A stretch of DNA of 57,583 nt from Octopus sinensis. Its lineage: Eukaryota. The stretch is taken from assembly GCF_006345805.1 (NCBI RefSeq), contig NW_021833666.1, positions 1-57,583 on the forward strand, in the 5' to 3' direction. Numbering within the stretch: the first letter of the stretch is position 1; every line of letters begins with the position of its first letter. Both the position numbers and the translations under genes were made by a program. Shown here in pieces: positions 10,381-22,831 of the stretch. The notes under the pieces are model-generated. The model saw only the letters and a list, made by a program, of their open reading frames with translations, made no database searches and was not told where the DNA came from.

Positions 10381-11116
10381 GTATGTAGACAGAGGGAGGG
10401 AGCGGAGATGGGAATGCAAGACGTAGAGAAAGAAAAACACAGACAGACAGACAAACAGACAATCAGACTGACTGAAGGAAAGACATACATTCTGAGAATT
10501 GGAATAACAAGCAATCAAAGCGTGGAACATAAGGGTAATTTGATGAGCTCAGCAAAGTCTAGTTAGCCTCGTTGCTTCAACCGCCCGCACACCCTTTCCT
10601 TTCCCTTCCCCTCCCCTGACATCATTATCCCATCCAACGTAATTATAATAAATCTATCAATCTACGTTTTGGAATCCTTGTTCTTGTACTGTCCAACGTT
10701 GCTCCTCGTTCCCCCTATCTGGTATTAATTAGAGGCGGGTTTTTGCTGATATGGCAAGACATTATACATTACAACGAAATGATTTGAAGGTCGGGTGGTG
10801 AAGTGTGTGGGGGTGGGGAGTTCCTGGTTGAAGCATTTTGTTCAACTGGTAATATACCTTATGAAACGGATATGCTCTAATTTGGCTGTGTGGAGTATGT
10901 GTGCTTCATTAAGAAGAGAGGAGACTTGAGAACAAGAAAAAGCGAAAGCGGGAGGTGAGGAGGGATGGAAGAAGAGAAATGGTGTGTGTGTGAGTGAGTG
11001 AGAGAGGGGGAGAAGAGGTAATGGGGTGAAAAGAGAGTCAGCTAAAAGGAGAGTAAAATTTGGGGCTAAAAAAAAATGCTGGATTTTAGGGTACGTTTGG
11101 GTGTGCGTTATAAAAA

Positions 11117-11231
11117 CGAGGGAATTTTGCAAAAACGTGTTATGAATGGCAAATCTAAATCTGTGTATGGATGTATGTATGCCTTTGTCTATCTATCTAT
11201 CCATCCATACATCCATACATACATATGTATA

Positions 11232-11263
<32 letters not shown>

Positions 11264-11370
11264 CAAATCTAAATCTGTGTATGGATGTATGTATGTCTTT
11301 GTCTATCTATCTATCCATCCATACATCCATACATACATATGTATATGTGTGTATATATATATATAATATA

Positions 11371-11419
<49 letters not shown>

Positions 11420-11534
11420 TATACATATGTATGTATGGATGTATGGATGGATAGATAGATAGACAAAGGCATACATACATCCATACACAGATTTAGATTT
11501 GCCATTCATAACACGTTTTTGCAAAATTCACTCG
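11117..11534. repeat. Near-perfect inverted duplication (about 145-bp arms) with an internal partial direct copy
   Basis: 11117-~11262 is the reverse complement of ~11390-11534; 11264-~11360 repeats the left arm directly. Confidence 0.9.
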
Positions 11535-11580
11535 TATATTAGATATATACTATATATATATATATACTATATATATATAC

Positions 11581-11654
<74 letters not shown>

Positions 11655-11657
<3 letters not shown>

Positions 11658-11850
11658 GGGACAGTTTTATGAAAAAACAACAAAGACGAAGACAGGTGGT
11701 GTACAAAACAAACAGATGTACGTATTAGTATAAGTATAATGCTCAGGAATAGAAGTATTTTGCGTTTCGAGCCTACGCTCTTCTACAGAAAGGGACACAG
11801 AAAAAAACAAGGAAAGAAACAAGGAGAGAAAAAATGTGTGTAGTTGCTAA
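11655..11850 (-). mobile_element. Family E short element with a degenerate hammerhead-like motif (11757-11792)
   Basis: Minus strand CTTT-CTGTAGA-A-GAGC-gtag-GCTC-GAAA-CG-C-A-AAAT (U16.1 changed to C). Homologous to 37446-37626. Confidence 0.7.
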
Positions 11851-11887
11851 AATACATATGCAAATATGTACATATACATATTTTTCA

Positions 11888-12085
11888 TTCTTGTACATGT
11901 TTCAGTCATTTGGCAGTGGTCATGCTGGAGCACCGCATTTAGTCGGACAAATCGACCCCCAGGACTTATTCTTTGTAAGTCTAGTACTTATTCTACCGGT
12001 CTCTTTTGCCGAGCCGCTAAGTTATGGGTAGGTAAACACACAAATATTGGTTGTGAAGCGATGGTGGAGGAACAAGTACAGACAC
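11888..12085 (-). mobile_element. SINE family C, 3' half
   Basis: Reverse complement of ...AGAATAAGTACTAG..ACAAAGAATAAGTCC..GCTCCAGCATG..AAATGACTGAAAC. Confidence 0.8.
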
Positions 12086-12274
12086 TCACATACATATACC
12101 TTATCTTTTATTCTTTTACTTGGGTGGACCCAAATGCATACAAATACGAAGACAGTCGGGTAAGCAAATAAACACATAACTATGCGCATGTCTACACACC
12201 TACAAATACGTACACAAGCTCGAAGGCACACACGCATATATGCACACGCATATACATGTATGTATACAGACACA

Positions 12275-12390
12275 GTGGAGGCACAATGGCCCAGTGGTTA
12301 GGGCAGCGACTCGCGGTCGGAGGATCGCGGTTTCGATTCGCAGACCGGGCGTTCTGTGTGTTTATTGAGTGAAAACACCTAAAAGCTCCA
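12275..12390 (+). mobile_element. SINE family A head (3'-truncated)
   Basis: GTGGAGGC.CAATGGCCCAGTGGTTAGGGCAGCG..GTTTCGATTC..ACACCTAAAAGCTCCA. Confidence 0.85.
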
Positions 12391-13184
12391 TACAAACTCA
12401 TATACATAGAAACAGATATACACATACACATAAAAACATCTACGCGCGCATGAGCGTACATATATAGATACAGACGCACATACCTAGATACATACATACA
12501 TAGACGCTCAGACATCTACACATCTACACACAAATATATGAATAAATGTATGCGCATATATATGACACATACATAGGTATGCATGTAACAGACACATACA
12601 TAGACATGCACTCATCTACACGCCTACACAAGCACGCATAGACACACATACAAAGAAACAGACGGACATACATGCATACATGCACACACATATACACACA
12701 CACATAAACACACACACACACACACACACATAAACACATTTCCAGACAAATGCACATGGTATAACAGTGAAAAGAAAGCTAAGACCTCATGGCCCCATAA
12801 ATTTGATTTTTTTTTTCTTTTCCATGGCGTTAAATAATTGACTAAATCGACATTAATACGTTCCTGCTTCACTTATTATTTCTCCCCTTAGGGAGACGAA
12901 GGTCCCAGTCAACCAGATCCCAATTTGAACACAGTACCCAAATGCGCGTAACCAAATCCCACCACATTATATGTATTCCAGTAATAGGCCCCTTTCACAC
13001 GCTCCACTGTCCGATATGTATTACACCAAAGATTTGTTCCGGCTCTTTAAGTTCTGTGTTCAAATCCCACCGCGGTTGACTTTGCTCTGCAGCTCTCCAG
13101 GTAACATAAAATAAAGTACCAGACACCTAAAGCCCACTCCCGCCTCAAAATTACTGAACTGTGCCTAAATTAGAAAGAAGTTTA

Positions 13185-13319
13185 TTATTATCATTATTAT
13201 TATTATCATTATTACTATTATCATCATCATCATCATCATTATTATTATTATTATTATTATCATCATCATCATCATCATCATCATTATTGTTATTATTATT
13301 ATTATTATCATCATCATCA

Positions 13320-13350
<31 letters not shown>

Positions 13351-13472
13351 CATCATCATCATCATCATCATTATTATTATCATTATCATCATCATCATTA
13401 TTATTATTATTATTATATTATTATTATTATTATTATTATTATATTATTATTATTATTATTATTATTGTTATT
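13185..13472. repeat. (ATT)n/(ATC)n compound microsatellite
   Basis: Direct reading. Confidence 0.95.
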
Positions 13473-13474
13473 AA

Positions 13475-13665
13475 GGCGGCGAGCAGGTTAGAATCGTCAG
13501 CACGCCGGGCGAAATGCTTAGCGGTATTTCGCCCGTCTTTACGTTCTGAGTTCAAATTCCACAGTGGTTGACTTTGCCTTTCATCCTTTCGGGGTCAATA
13601 AATGAAGTACCTGTGATACACTGCAGTCGATATAATCGACAGGTGCCCTCCCGCAAAATTTCAGT
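13475..13665 (+). mobile_element. SINE family D variant with an alternative tail
   Basis: D head and central GCCTTTCATCCTTTCGGGGTC block, then CCCTCCCGCAAAATTTCAG instead of the usual tail. Confidence 0.75.
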
Positions 13666-13965
13666 GGAGTTTGTATTCAGAACGTGAAATCGTAAGAAAT
13701 ACCGCTAAATATTTTACCCGGCGCAGGAACGATTCTTTAAGCTCATCGCCTCAAGTTGTTTTATTATATTAAAGCTTCGACTGTGTCTTTCATTTCGTTC
13801 CATAGTTAAGGTTATCTAAAGCATAACGCACGAACGCAGTTTGTGAAAAGTAGAATATTACCCGAAATATTTAACACAGTGCACCTCAAAAGACGATGGC
13901 CGCCAAAATCAGTAGAGCCGCCAGAACCCTTTGATGCGATTTACTTATCTTTCTTCCTTCCGCGG

Positions 13966-14275
13966 TTTTTGTTGTTTGTTTCTTCTCGAGCCATGCCTGG
14001 CTCATAAGGGCCGGTTTACCGGTTTCCTTGGCGTATAGGTTCCCCACCTTGAGGGGACGCCGGTCCATCGTAGGTGAGCTGCAAAGATGCAGGAAGAAAG
14101 CGTGAGAGAAAGTTGTGGCGAAAGAGTCAGCAGAAATTCGCCATTACCTTCTGCCGGAGCCGCGTGGAGCTTAGGTGTTTCGCTCATGAACACACACATC
14201 GCCGGTCTGAGATTCGAACCCGCGATCCCTCCACCACGAGTCTGCTGCTCTAACCACTAGGCCATGTGCTTCCAC
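13966..14275 (-). mobile_element. SINE, family A-like head plus tail type 1 variant
   Basis: Reverse complement GTGGAAGCACATGGCCTAGTGGTTAGAGCAGC..GGTTCGAATC..ACGATGGACCGGCGTCCC..GAAACCGG..CTCGAGAAG. Confidence 0.8.
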
Positions 14276-14414
14276 TCCTTCCGGGGTCGATTAAACCCGT
14301 ATGAAACAAGTATTGAGCGTTCATGTGACGGGAAGTTCAATTCCTCTCTTTAAATTTATGGCTGTGTTCAAAGAGGATCCCAATTTTATCGCCACCTCCG
14401 CCGCCGACGCATTT

Positions 14415-15080
14415 GTTGTTGTTGCTGCTACTGCTGCTGCTGTTGTTGTTGTTCTTGTTCTTCTTTTTCTTCTTCTTCTTCTTTCTTTCTTTTTCTTCTT
14501 CTTCTCTTCTTCTCTTCGTCTTCTTCTCGTTCGTTGTTCTTCTTCTTCGTTCTTCTTCTTCTTCTTCTTCTTCGTCTCTTCTTCTTCTTCTTCTTCTTCT
14601 TCTTCTTCTCTCTTCTTCTTTCTTCGTTCTTCTCTCTTCGTTCTTCTCTTCTTCTCTTTTCTTCTTCTTCTTCTTCTTTCTTCTTCTTCTCTTTCTTCTT
14701 CTTCGTTCTCTTCTTTCTTCTTTTCTTCTCTTCTTCTTCTTATTCGTTCGTCTTCTTCTCTTCTCTTCTCTTCTCGTCTTCTTTCTTCTTCCTCTCTTCG
14801 TTTCTTCTTCCTTCTTCTTCTCTTCTTATCTCTTTCTTTCTTTCTTCTTCTTCGTTCTCTTCTTCTTCTTCTTCTTCTTCTTCTTCTTCTTCGCTCTTCT
14901 TTTTCTTCCTTTTCTTCTTCGTTCTCCTCCTCCTCCTTCTTCGTCTTCTTCTCTGTTCTTCTTCCTTTTGTTCTTCTTCTTCCTCCTTTTCTTCTTCTTC
15001 TTCCTCCTTTTCTTCGTTCTTCTTCTTTTTCTTCGTTCTCCTTCTTCTCCTTCTTCTTCTTTCTTCTTCGTCTGTTCTTC
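14415..15080. repeat. About 650-bp degenerate (TTC)n polypyrimidine tract
   Basis: Direct reading; explains all overlapping Leu/Ser/Phe- and Lys/Glu/Arg-rich ORFs. Confidence 0.95.
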
Positions 15081-15663
15081 AAACGGAGAAAAGCGTAGTC
15101 TTTATAGTTTGACGTTAAAAACAAAAAAGGGATCTATGACGAGTAAATTTAAACGGAAGTTAAGGTCCAGGTTCTTATTTATTTGATTCTGTTTGAAGAA
15201 TCGTGAACTGATAAGAAGTGAAACCAAAGGGCGGGGTGCCTCCAATCCCCCCCCACCCCACGACCCCTTTTTACACGCTAACTAAAATATCAAATTTCAT
15301 GGTCAGGATATAATTTGTAAATCCATCAATTCCAGCACTCCCAATTTTTGACTTCATCCAGTGTATTAGACCACTATGTGTGTGTGTGAGAATACACATA
15401 TACACATGTATATATGTGTGTGTGTGTGTGTATATATGTATATATATATATATATAATAATTATTATTTGAGGGAATAAAATCCAAACTTACATGGAATA
15501 AAAATTCAATTTAGAAATACTAAATCAAATTTGCAAATTTACTTAATCTTTACATTTTATTGTTATTTTAATTTTAACTTTTCTATTATATGTAATTTTC
15601 TAGATGGTGTGATTTAATTGTTCATTTTGAATTGATAAAATGTGGGTTTTTTCTGATTTTTTA

Positions 15664-15879
15664 TGGCGCAATGGCCCAGTGGTTAGGGCAGCGGACTTGC
15701 GGTCGGAGGATCGCGGTTCGATTCCCAGACCGGGCGTTGTGTGTGTTTATTGAGCGAAACACCTAAAAAAGCTCCACGAGGCTCCGGCAGGGATGGTGGT
15801 GATCCCTGCTGTACTCTTCACCACTCTAAAGGCGGGTGCTCCAGCATGGCCGCAGTCAAATGACTGAAACAAGTACAAA

Positions 15880-15880
<1 letters not shown>
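15664..15880 (+). mobile_element. SINE family A head fused to the 3' end of family C
   Basis: A sequence runs to ~15826, then TAAAGGCGG..GCTCCAGCATGGCCGCAGTCAAATGACTGAAAC. Confidence 0.75.
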
Positions 15881-15910
<30 letters not shown>

Positions 15911-16074
15911 TACAAACGCATTAGTACAAATGCGCTCGAAATGAGGAGTAGATAGACAGCCGACAACTGATGAAGGGTCGTTCTTTAGGTTACTTGTCCT
16001 GTTTTCCATTTGTTTCTCTCATTGTTTGCGTATTTCATGTGTTTACTGTTGGTGATGTCCTGTACACCTTATAT

Positions 16075-16134
<60 letters not shown>

Positions 16135-16137
<3 letters not shown>

Positions 16138-16420
16138 TGAGTGTATTTTTACCTTGTTAACAATTAACACGGAAAAATAAATAAATAGTTACCAGGGCAG
16201 CAAAAATCTCACAAGTAAAGGTGTTGTAACTCCTTCTTTATAAAGGTAGAAACTTCGTGTTTACGTTGAATATTGAATAATATGAATAAAAAATGGAGTT
16301 AACGCAGGTGTAAACAAATATTTTACTTTCGACACATGTTTCGAAAACTCCACTGATACTATTCAAAAGAATAATGGTATAAACAATGCAATCTTCTCTT
16401 CGGTGAAAGTAAAAAAACGA
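16135..16420 (-). mobile_element. (TA)n-abutting element with a CCGAAGA hammerhead-like motif; homologues at 17190-17370, 44710-44820 and 5380-5520
   Basis: Shares AATAGTTACCAGGGCAGCAAAAATCTCACAAGTAAAG and AAATGGAGT..GCAGGTGT blocks. Confidence 0.7.
16321..16414 (-). ncRNA. Hammerhead-like motif, core CCGAAGA, 10-bp stem I
   Basis: Minus strand TTTTACTTTC-a-CCGAAGA-GAAGA...TTTTC-GAAA-CATGTG-TC-GAAAGTAAAA; GUC cleavage triplet. Confidence 0.6.
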
Positions 16421-16756
16421 AACTCGTCAATACGACATTTTAGCAAAAAATGATGGATTTGTGTAGCGATAGACAGAACGCTATTAATATTGTTTATATA
16501 TATATATATATATAAATTAAATTAGAGTTAAAACCACTATTAGGCAACAAATTAAAATTTTTTAATTGTTAAATTTTTTAACTTTTAATTTTTTTTTTAT
16601 AACCAAAATGTATAAAAATGTTAGATATAATATAAGTGGTTTTATCTCTAATTCAACTTCTATTTATACTGTGAAATTTGATTTAATCCAAAATCTAATT
16701 TTTCCCTGTAAGTTTGGATATACTCCCTAATATTATTATTATATATATATAATATA

Positions 16757-17150
16757 TACTCTTTACTCTTTTACTTGTTTCAGTCATTTGACTGCGGCCA
16801 TGTTGGAGCACCGCCTTTAGTCGAGCAAATCGACCCCAGGACTTATTCTTTGTAAGCCCAGTACTTATTCTATCGGTTTCTTTTGCCGAACCGCTAAGTT
16901 ACGGGGACGTAAACACACCAGCATCGGTTGTCAAGCAATGCTAGGGGGACAAACACACACACACATATATATATACATATATACGACAGGCTTCTTTCAG
17001 TTTCCGTCTACCAAATCCACTCACAAGGCATTGGTCGGCCCGGGGCTATAGCAGAAGACACTTGCCCAAGATGCCACGCAGTGGGACTGAACCCGGAACC
17101 ATGTGGTTGGTAAGCAAGCTACTTACCACACAGCTACTCCTGCGCCTATA
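16757..17150 (-). mobile_element. SINE family C, full length
   Basis: Complete head, body and 3' half in reverse orientation. Confidence 0.9.
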
Positions 17151-17330
17151 TATTATTTATATTATTTATATTATTATGTGCATATAAATGTATCTATACT
17201 TTCTCAATGTGTACAAATAACAAGAAAAAATATTTTAGATAGTTACCAAGGTAGCAAGAATTCACATAAGCGCCAAAGATATTACACCCTACCTATAAAG
17301 GTAGAAATTCCAGTGAAATGTTTTTATAAC

Positions 17331-17408
17331 ATGGATAAATTAAGAAATGGAGTAAAGTGCAGGTGTTGAATAACACCTGCGTTTGACTCCATTTCTTAAT
17401 TTATCCAT
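17331..17408. repeat. Fold-back hairpin at the end of the 17190-17370 element
   Basis: ATGGATAAATTAAGAAATGGAGT..GCAGGTGTT-gaat-AACACCTGC..ACTCCATTTCTTAATTTATCCAT. Confidence 0.9.
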
Positions 17409-17491
17409 AGATATTTGTGTGCGTATATACGTATGTATATATGTATATGTATATATAAATGTATGCATGTAGCATGTATGTGTGTATGTAT

Positions 17492-17845
<354 letters not shown>

Positions 17846-18040
17846 ATATGAATAATATATAGTCTATTGACTAATTTTTCTATACGCTAGGAAGGACACT
17901 GGTAGTAAAAATTTCTGAAATCTTTATTACTCTGATATTATCAATTAATTTAAAATTAACCCCAATATAATCGGTGAAACTAATCACGTGTCTGTTTTTA
18001 TACAGGTGGTTAGTTTCACAAATTATATTGCTTGTGGAAC

Positions 18041-18119
18041 GATCGTACTGACGAGCCTACGGACGAGGGACTACGTAATTGATTCATTAGTTAATAGGCG
18101 AAACTGCCGGTCTGTGAGT
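18041..18119 (+). ncRNA. Type I hammerhead ribozyme motif, canonical core (same family as 5086)
   Basis: ATCGTA-CTGACGA-GCCTA..35 nt..TAGGC-GAAA-CT-gcc-GG-TC-TGTGA; GUC site after 18112. Confidence 0.72.
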
Positions 18120-18569
18120 AATTCTGGTTTTTTTATATAATTTTCATCTGTCTTGCCCGCATATTGTTCTGGTGTCCGCTGAATTTTTCTCTAGAGAACA
18201 TTCTTTTCTTTGTAGTTTGATCGTTGGTGATCTACTTCTAGCATACGGCTGACCACTTAGTGGTATTTTAGCCCTTTAAATATACTTACATACATTGGTG
18301 TGTGTGTCAGTTTGAAGTTATTGTTTTTTTACCTACATCAGTCCAGATCGGTCTCTTATGGAGCCTTCTTGCTTTTATCTTCTGTATCTTGCAAACAAAC
18401 AAAAAAAAAAGCAAATGTAAAAAGGCCAACGTATGCTCAAATGAAGCTAATTGTGTTTTATTCCGTCTTTATTTCAGACATTGTGTCTCTTGGACTACAA
18501 CGACCAATGTGCCCTTTCTTATTTTAAGATGTGTTTTCAATTTCTGAGCCTTTCCATATTTGTACAATA

Positions 18570-18570
18570 T

Positions 18571-18609
<39 letters not shown>

Positions 18610-18639
18610 ATGGTGGTGGTGGTGGTGGTAGTAGTAGTG

Positions 18640-18695
<56 letters not shown>

Positions 18696-18745
18696 GGTGG
18701 TGATGGTCGTCGTCGTCGTCGTCGTGGTTGTTGTTGTTGCTGTTC
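18570..18745. repeat. (AGT)n/(GGT)n/(CGT)n/(TGT)n compound microsatellite
   Basis: Direct reading. Confidence 0.95.
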
Positions 18746-19027
18746 CTGTAGTCATTGGTTGACATCATTAATCTCCAGAATTTGCCCTTTCCTCTCCCAG
18801 TTTTCAACAAATAATTTCCATGCCGTTCCCAAGTCTGTTTGAACCGTCTTAGTTGTAATTACAAATTGACATTATGCTTACATCATTAAGTAGACAGTCA
18901 GAAAAAGAATTAAGGCGACGCTGGCCCAAATTGAGAAACAGATAACCAAATGACGAATTAAATTCTTTTCTGGAAGGTTTGGCCCTAAGTACAGTTGAAA
19001 AGATAAACCCTTTCCAACTGTTGCCAC

Positions 19028-19970
19028 CTCTGAGTGTCTTAACGTACTTGATCAAATTTAATCAAGTTGTTAACATGGTGAGCCCTTTTCTTTCTTCCAG
19101 ACCGGAGTTTTTGGTTCATTGTCGATATATATATTCGCTGTCTTTCGTTTTGAGAGTCAAGACTATTGAAAAGGTTGCAAGACGCAACGAAAATTTTAGG
19201 AAAATAAAGTAAGAAATAAGTGGAAATTTTACTGGTGAGTATGTTACATTATAAGGCACAAAAAAAAATGATTCTCCCCAGAAACAACAGAATATTCATT
19301 GTCGCTTTTCTATAAATATTTCCGTAGTTATTGCTCTGATGATTTTTCCGCCATACTACCCTGTGTCAACGCTTCCAACTGTTATCTTTGGGCTGTGCCA
19401 ACTCTGAGTGTCTTAACGTACTTGATCAAATTTAATCAAGTTGTTAACACGTTGAGCCCTCTTCTTTCTTCCAGATCGGAGTTTTGGGTTCATTGTCGAT
19501 GCGTGGCACCTTCGGCAAATGTCTTCTACTATACTCTGTGGCCGACCAAAGCCTTGTGAGTGGATTTGGTAGACGGAAACTGAAAGAAGCTCGTCGTATA
19601 TATGTATATATATATATGTGTGTGTGTGTGTGTGCGTTCGCGCGCGTTTGTGTGCGTTCGCGCGCGTTTGTGTGTCTGTGTTTGTACACCCCAACATTGC
19701 TTGACAACGGATGCTGGTGTATTTATGTCCCCTTAACTTAAGCGGTTCGGCAAAAAGAGACCAATAGAATAAGTACTAGGCTTACAAAGAATAAGTCCTG
19801 GGGTCGATACGCTCGACTAAAAGGCGGTGCTCCAGCATGGCCGCAGTCAAATGCCTGAAACGAGTAAAAGAGTAAAAGAGAAAGAGTATATATTCACTGT
19901 CTCTTTTCTATAAATATTTCCATAGTCATTGCTCTGATGATCTTTCCGCCCCTGTACTCTGTGTCAAAGC
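19028..19970. repeat. Local tandem duplication; each copy is split by a different insertion
   Basis: 19028-19126 matches 19402-19500; 19292-19372 matches 19890-19970. Confidence 0.8.
19499..19887 (+). mobile_element. SINE family C, 5'-truncated
   Basis: Begins at GCGTGGCACCTT, ends in AAAAGAG repeats. Confidence 0.88.
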
Positions 19971-20624
19971 CTTTAAACGTGTCATCCGCTTCTCTTTCCA
20001 GATGCATTAGTTCTGTTTAGCTTCCTGTTTGTTGGTGTAAATAGAAGTAGGCATCGTTGTATGGTTAGTGTTAGGTTCGGAGTCACTAGGTTTCGTGTTC
20101 GATACCTCTGTGTGCCTCTTTGGGTAAAATGTTTCTTTTTTTTATAGTCGCGGGTTGCCCATTCCTTTATGAGTGGAACTTGGTATTTGGAGACTGCATG
20201 GAAGCCCATCATGTACGCTTGCTACAGTAGCCTCAAACCTTGTCTGGGACAAATCGGATCAACTGGAACCCTCATCGTCGTAACCGACGGAGTGCCACGA
20301 TAGATTCAGGCACAGCTGCATAGTTAAGAAAATTACTTTGCGGCCACTGGATTTTAGGTTCAATCTTGCTGTGAAGCACTTTGAGTTAGTGTCTTCTAAT
20401 ATCGTCCAAGGCTGACCAATACCTTTCGAGCGAACTTGGTAGATAGAAACTGCATAGACGCCCGTCATATTTATATATATTTGTTTTTGTCCTCTAACCG
20501 TTTGACAACTGGTTTGTTTACGACCCCGTAACATAGCAGTTCAGCAAAGCAAACCGATACAATAAGACCAGACATTAAAAAGATAAGTACTGGGGTAGAT
20601 TTGTTCGATTAAATTCTTCAAGAT

Positions 20625-20633
20625 GGTAGTAGT

Positions 20634-20664
<31 letters not shown>

Positions 20665-20665
20665 A

Positions 20666-20738
<73 letters not shown>

Positions 20739-20905
20739 GGTGATGGTGGTAGTAGTAGTAGTAGTGGTGGTGGTGGTGGTGGTATTAGTAGTAGTAGTAG
20801 TGGTGGTGGTGGTGGTGGTGGTGGTAGTAGTAGTATGAGTAGTAGTAGTATGAGTAGTAGTAGTATGAGTAGTAGTAGTAGTAGTAGTAGTTAGTAGTAG
20901 TAGTA

Positions 20906-20936
<31 letters not shown>

Positions 20937-20958
20937 CGTAGTAGTAGTAGTAGTAGGC
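20625..20958. repeat. (AGT)n/(GGT)n microsatellite
   Basis: Direct reading. Confidence 0.95.
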
Positions 20959-21410
20959 TGCAATCCTATCACTGAAAGGAAAAGGCGAAAAGTAAAAGCC
21001 TAAAAGCCAGTAAGGCCGCATTGGACATGAATGGCAACAATGAATATATGAATGTTTTCATCAAAGTTCGGCTGGAATAGCTAAACTAGGTGACAAAGTA
21101 CATCGGCCTCGTAAAATCTCAGAATGCAAAGACACGAAATAAATAAACGAATGAATAAATAAACATTTAAATAGATAGATATAGTCTGGAGCTTTAAGAA
21201 TTCTGCCATTCAGCCATCTGCACTTGTGATTTATTACGTCAACCACTAAATGGACACTGTCGGCGTTATTTGAAATCAAAGCGCCAGACGTTTAATCAAC
21301 TAAAGTAACGACACTTTTAATTCTCTGCCTGAGGATGAACAGTGTTAACACCATCGAGACAGAAACCGCTTTAAGACCGGAAGAGATTTGTTATATCTAA
21401 AAGGCGGTAT

Positions 21411-21797
21411 GTGGAAGCACTCCGTCGGTTACGACGATGAGGGTTCCGGTTGATCCGAAGCAACGGAACAGCCTGCTCGTGAAATTAACGTGTAAGTGGC
21501 TGAGCACTCCACAGACACGTGCACCCTTAACGTAGTTCTCGGGGATATTCAGCGTGACACAAGAGAGTGACAAGGCCGGCCCTTTGAAAATACAGGTACA
21601 ACAGAAACAGGAAGTAAGATTGAGAGAAAGTTGTGGTGAAAGAGTACAGCAGGGATCACCACCGTCCCCTGCCGGAGCCTCGTGGAACTTTAGGTGTTTT
21701 CGCTTAATAAACACTCACAACGCCCGGTCTGGGAATCGAAACCGCGATCCTACGACCGCGAGTCCGCTGCCCTAACCACTGGGCCATGCGCCTCCAC
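21411..21797 (-). mobile_element. SINE family A head plus tail type 2
   Basis: A head at 21603-21797 is joined to the same tail as 4574-4760. Confidence 0.85.
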
Positions 21798-21858
21798 AAA
21801 AGGTGGTATATGTAATACTCGAAATCAAATGAAGGCACAGGTGTGGCTCTGTGGTAAG

Positions 21859-22091
21859 GGCGGCGAGCTGGCAGAAACGTTAGCATGCCGGGCGAAATGC
21901 TTATCGGTATTTCGTCTGCAGCTACGTTCTGAGTTCAAATTCCGCCGGGGTCGACTTTGCCTTTCATCCTTTCGGGGTCGATTAAATAAGTACCAGTTAC
22001 GTACTGGGGTTGATGTAATCGACTTAATCCCTTCGTCTGTCCTTGTTTGTCCCCTCTATGTTTAGTCCCTTGTGGACAATAAAGAAATAAG
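21859..22091 (+). mobile_element. SINE family D inserted into the C head of the left arm
   Basis: Splits GTGGTAAG|AAGCTTGC; TAAG is duplicated (21855-58 and 22088-91). Confidence 0.88.
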
Positions 22092-22446
22092 AAGCTTGCT
22101 TTCCAAACACATTGTCCCGGGTTCAGTCCTACTGTGTGGAACCTTGGACGAGTGTCTTCTACTACAGACTCCGGCCGACCAAAGCCTTGTGAGTGGATTT
22201 GGTAGACGGAAACTGAAAAGAAGCCCGTTACCAATATATTCTCTCTCTCTCTCTTTTACTTGTTTCAGTCATTTGACTGCGGCTATGCTGGAGCACTTTA
22301 TTCGAGAAAAATCGACTCCAGGACTTATTCTTTGTAAGCCTAGTACTAATTCTATCGGTCTCTTCTGCCGAACCGCTAAGTTACGGGGACGCAAACACAC
22401 CAGCATCGGTTGTCAAGCGAATTTGGGGTGACAAGCACAAGGACAT

Positions 22447-22562
22447 CCAGCCGTAGAAACCATGCCAAATCAGACTGGAACCTGGTGCTGCTCTCCGGCT
22501 TACCAGTTCCAGCCAAACTGCCTAACCCATGCCAGCATGGAAAACAGACGTTAAATGACGTG
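22447..22562 (+). mobile_element. 3' tail fragment of an RTE-related LINE/SINE
   Basis: ...AACCCATGCCAGCATGGAAAACAGACGTTAAATGA, a tail I associate with cephalopod RTE-type elements (from recall, not checked). Confidence 0.5.
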
Positions 22563-22800
22563 ATATATATATACATATCCATGTATGTGTGTATGTGTGT
22601 GTGTGTGTTTGTCTGCGTGTGTGTGTGCTCCCACCATCGTTTGACAGCCGATGTTGGTGTGTTTACGTTTCCGTCACCTAGCGGTTCGGCAAAAGAGACC
22701 GATAGAATTAGTACTAGGCTTACAAAGAATAAGTCCTGGAGTCGATTTGCTTGACTAAAGGCGGTGCTCCAGTATGGCCGCAGTCAAATGACTGAAACAA

Positions 22801-22831
<31 letters not shown>

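Noticed and set aside
12275-12350. tRNA genes (also at the other SINE heads)
   Set aside because: A/B boxes are present but no complete cloverleaf forms, and each continues into a SINE body
14321-15186. 192-267 aa ORFs (Lys/Glu/Arg-rich and Leu/Ser/Phe-rich)
   Set aside because: Open in several frames on both strands because degenerate (TTC)n has no stops; no domain
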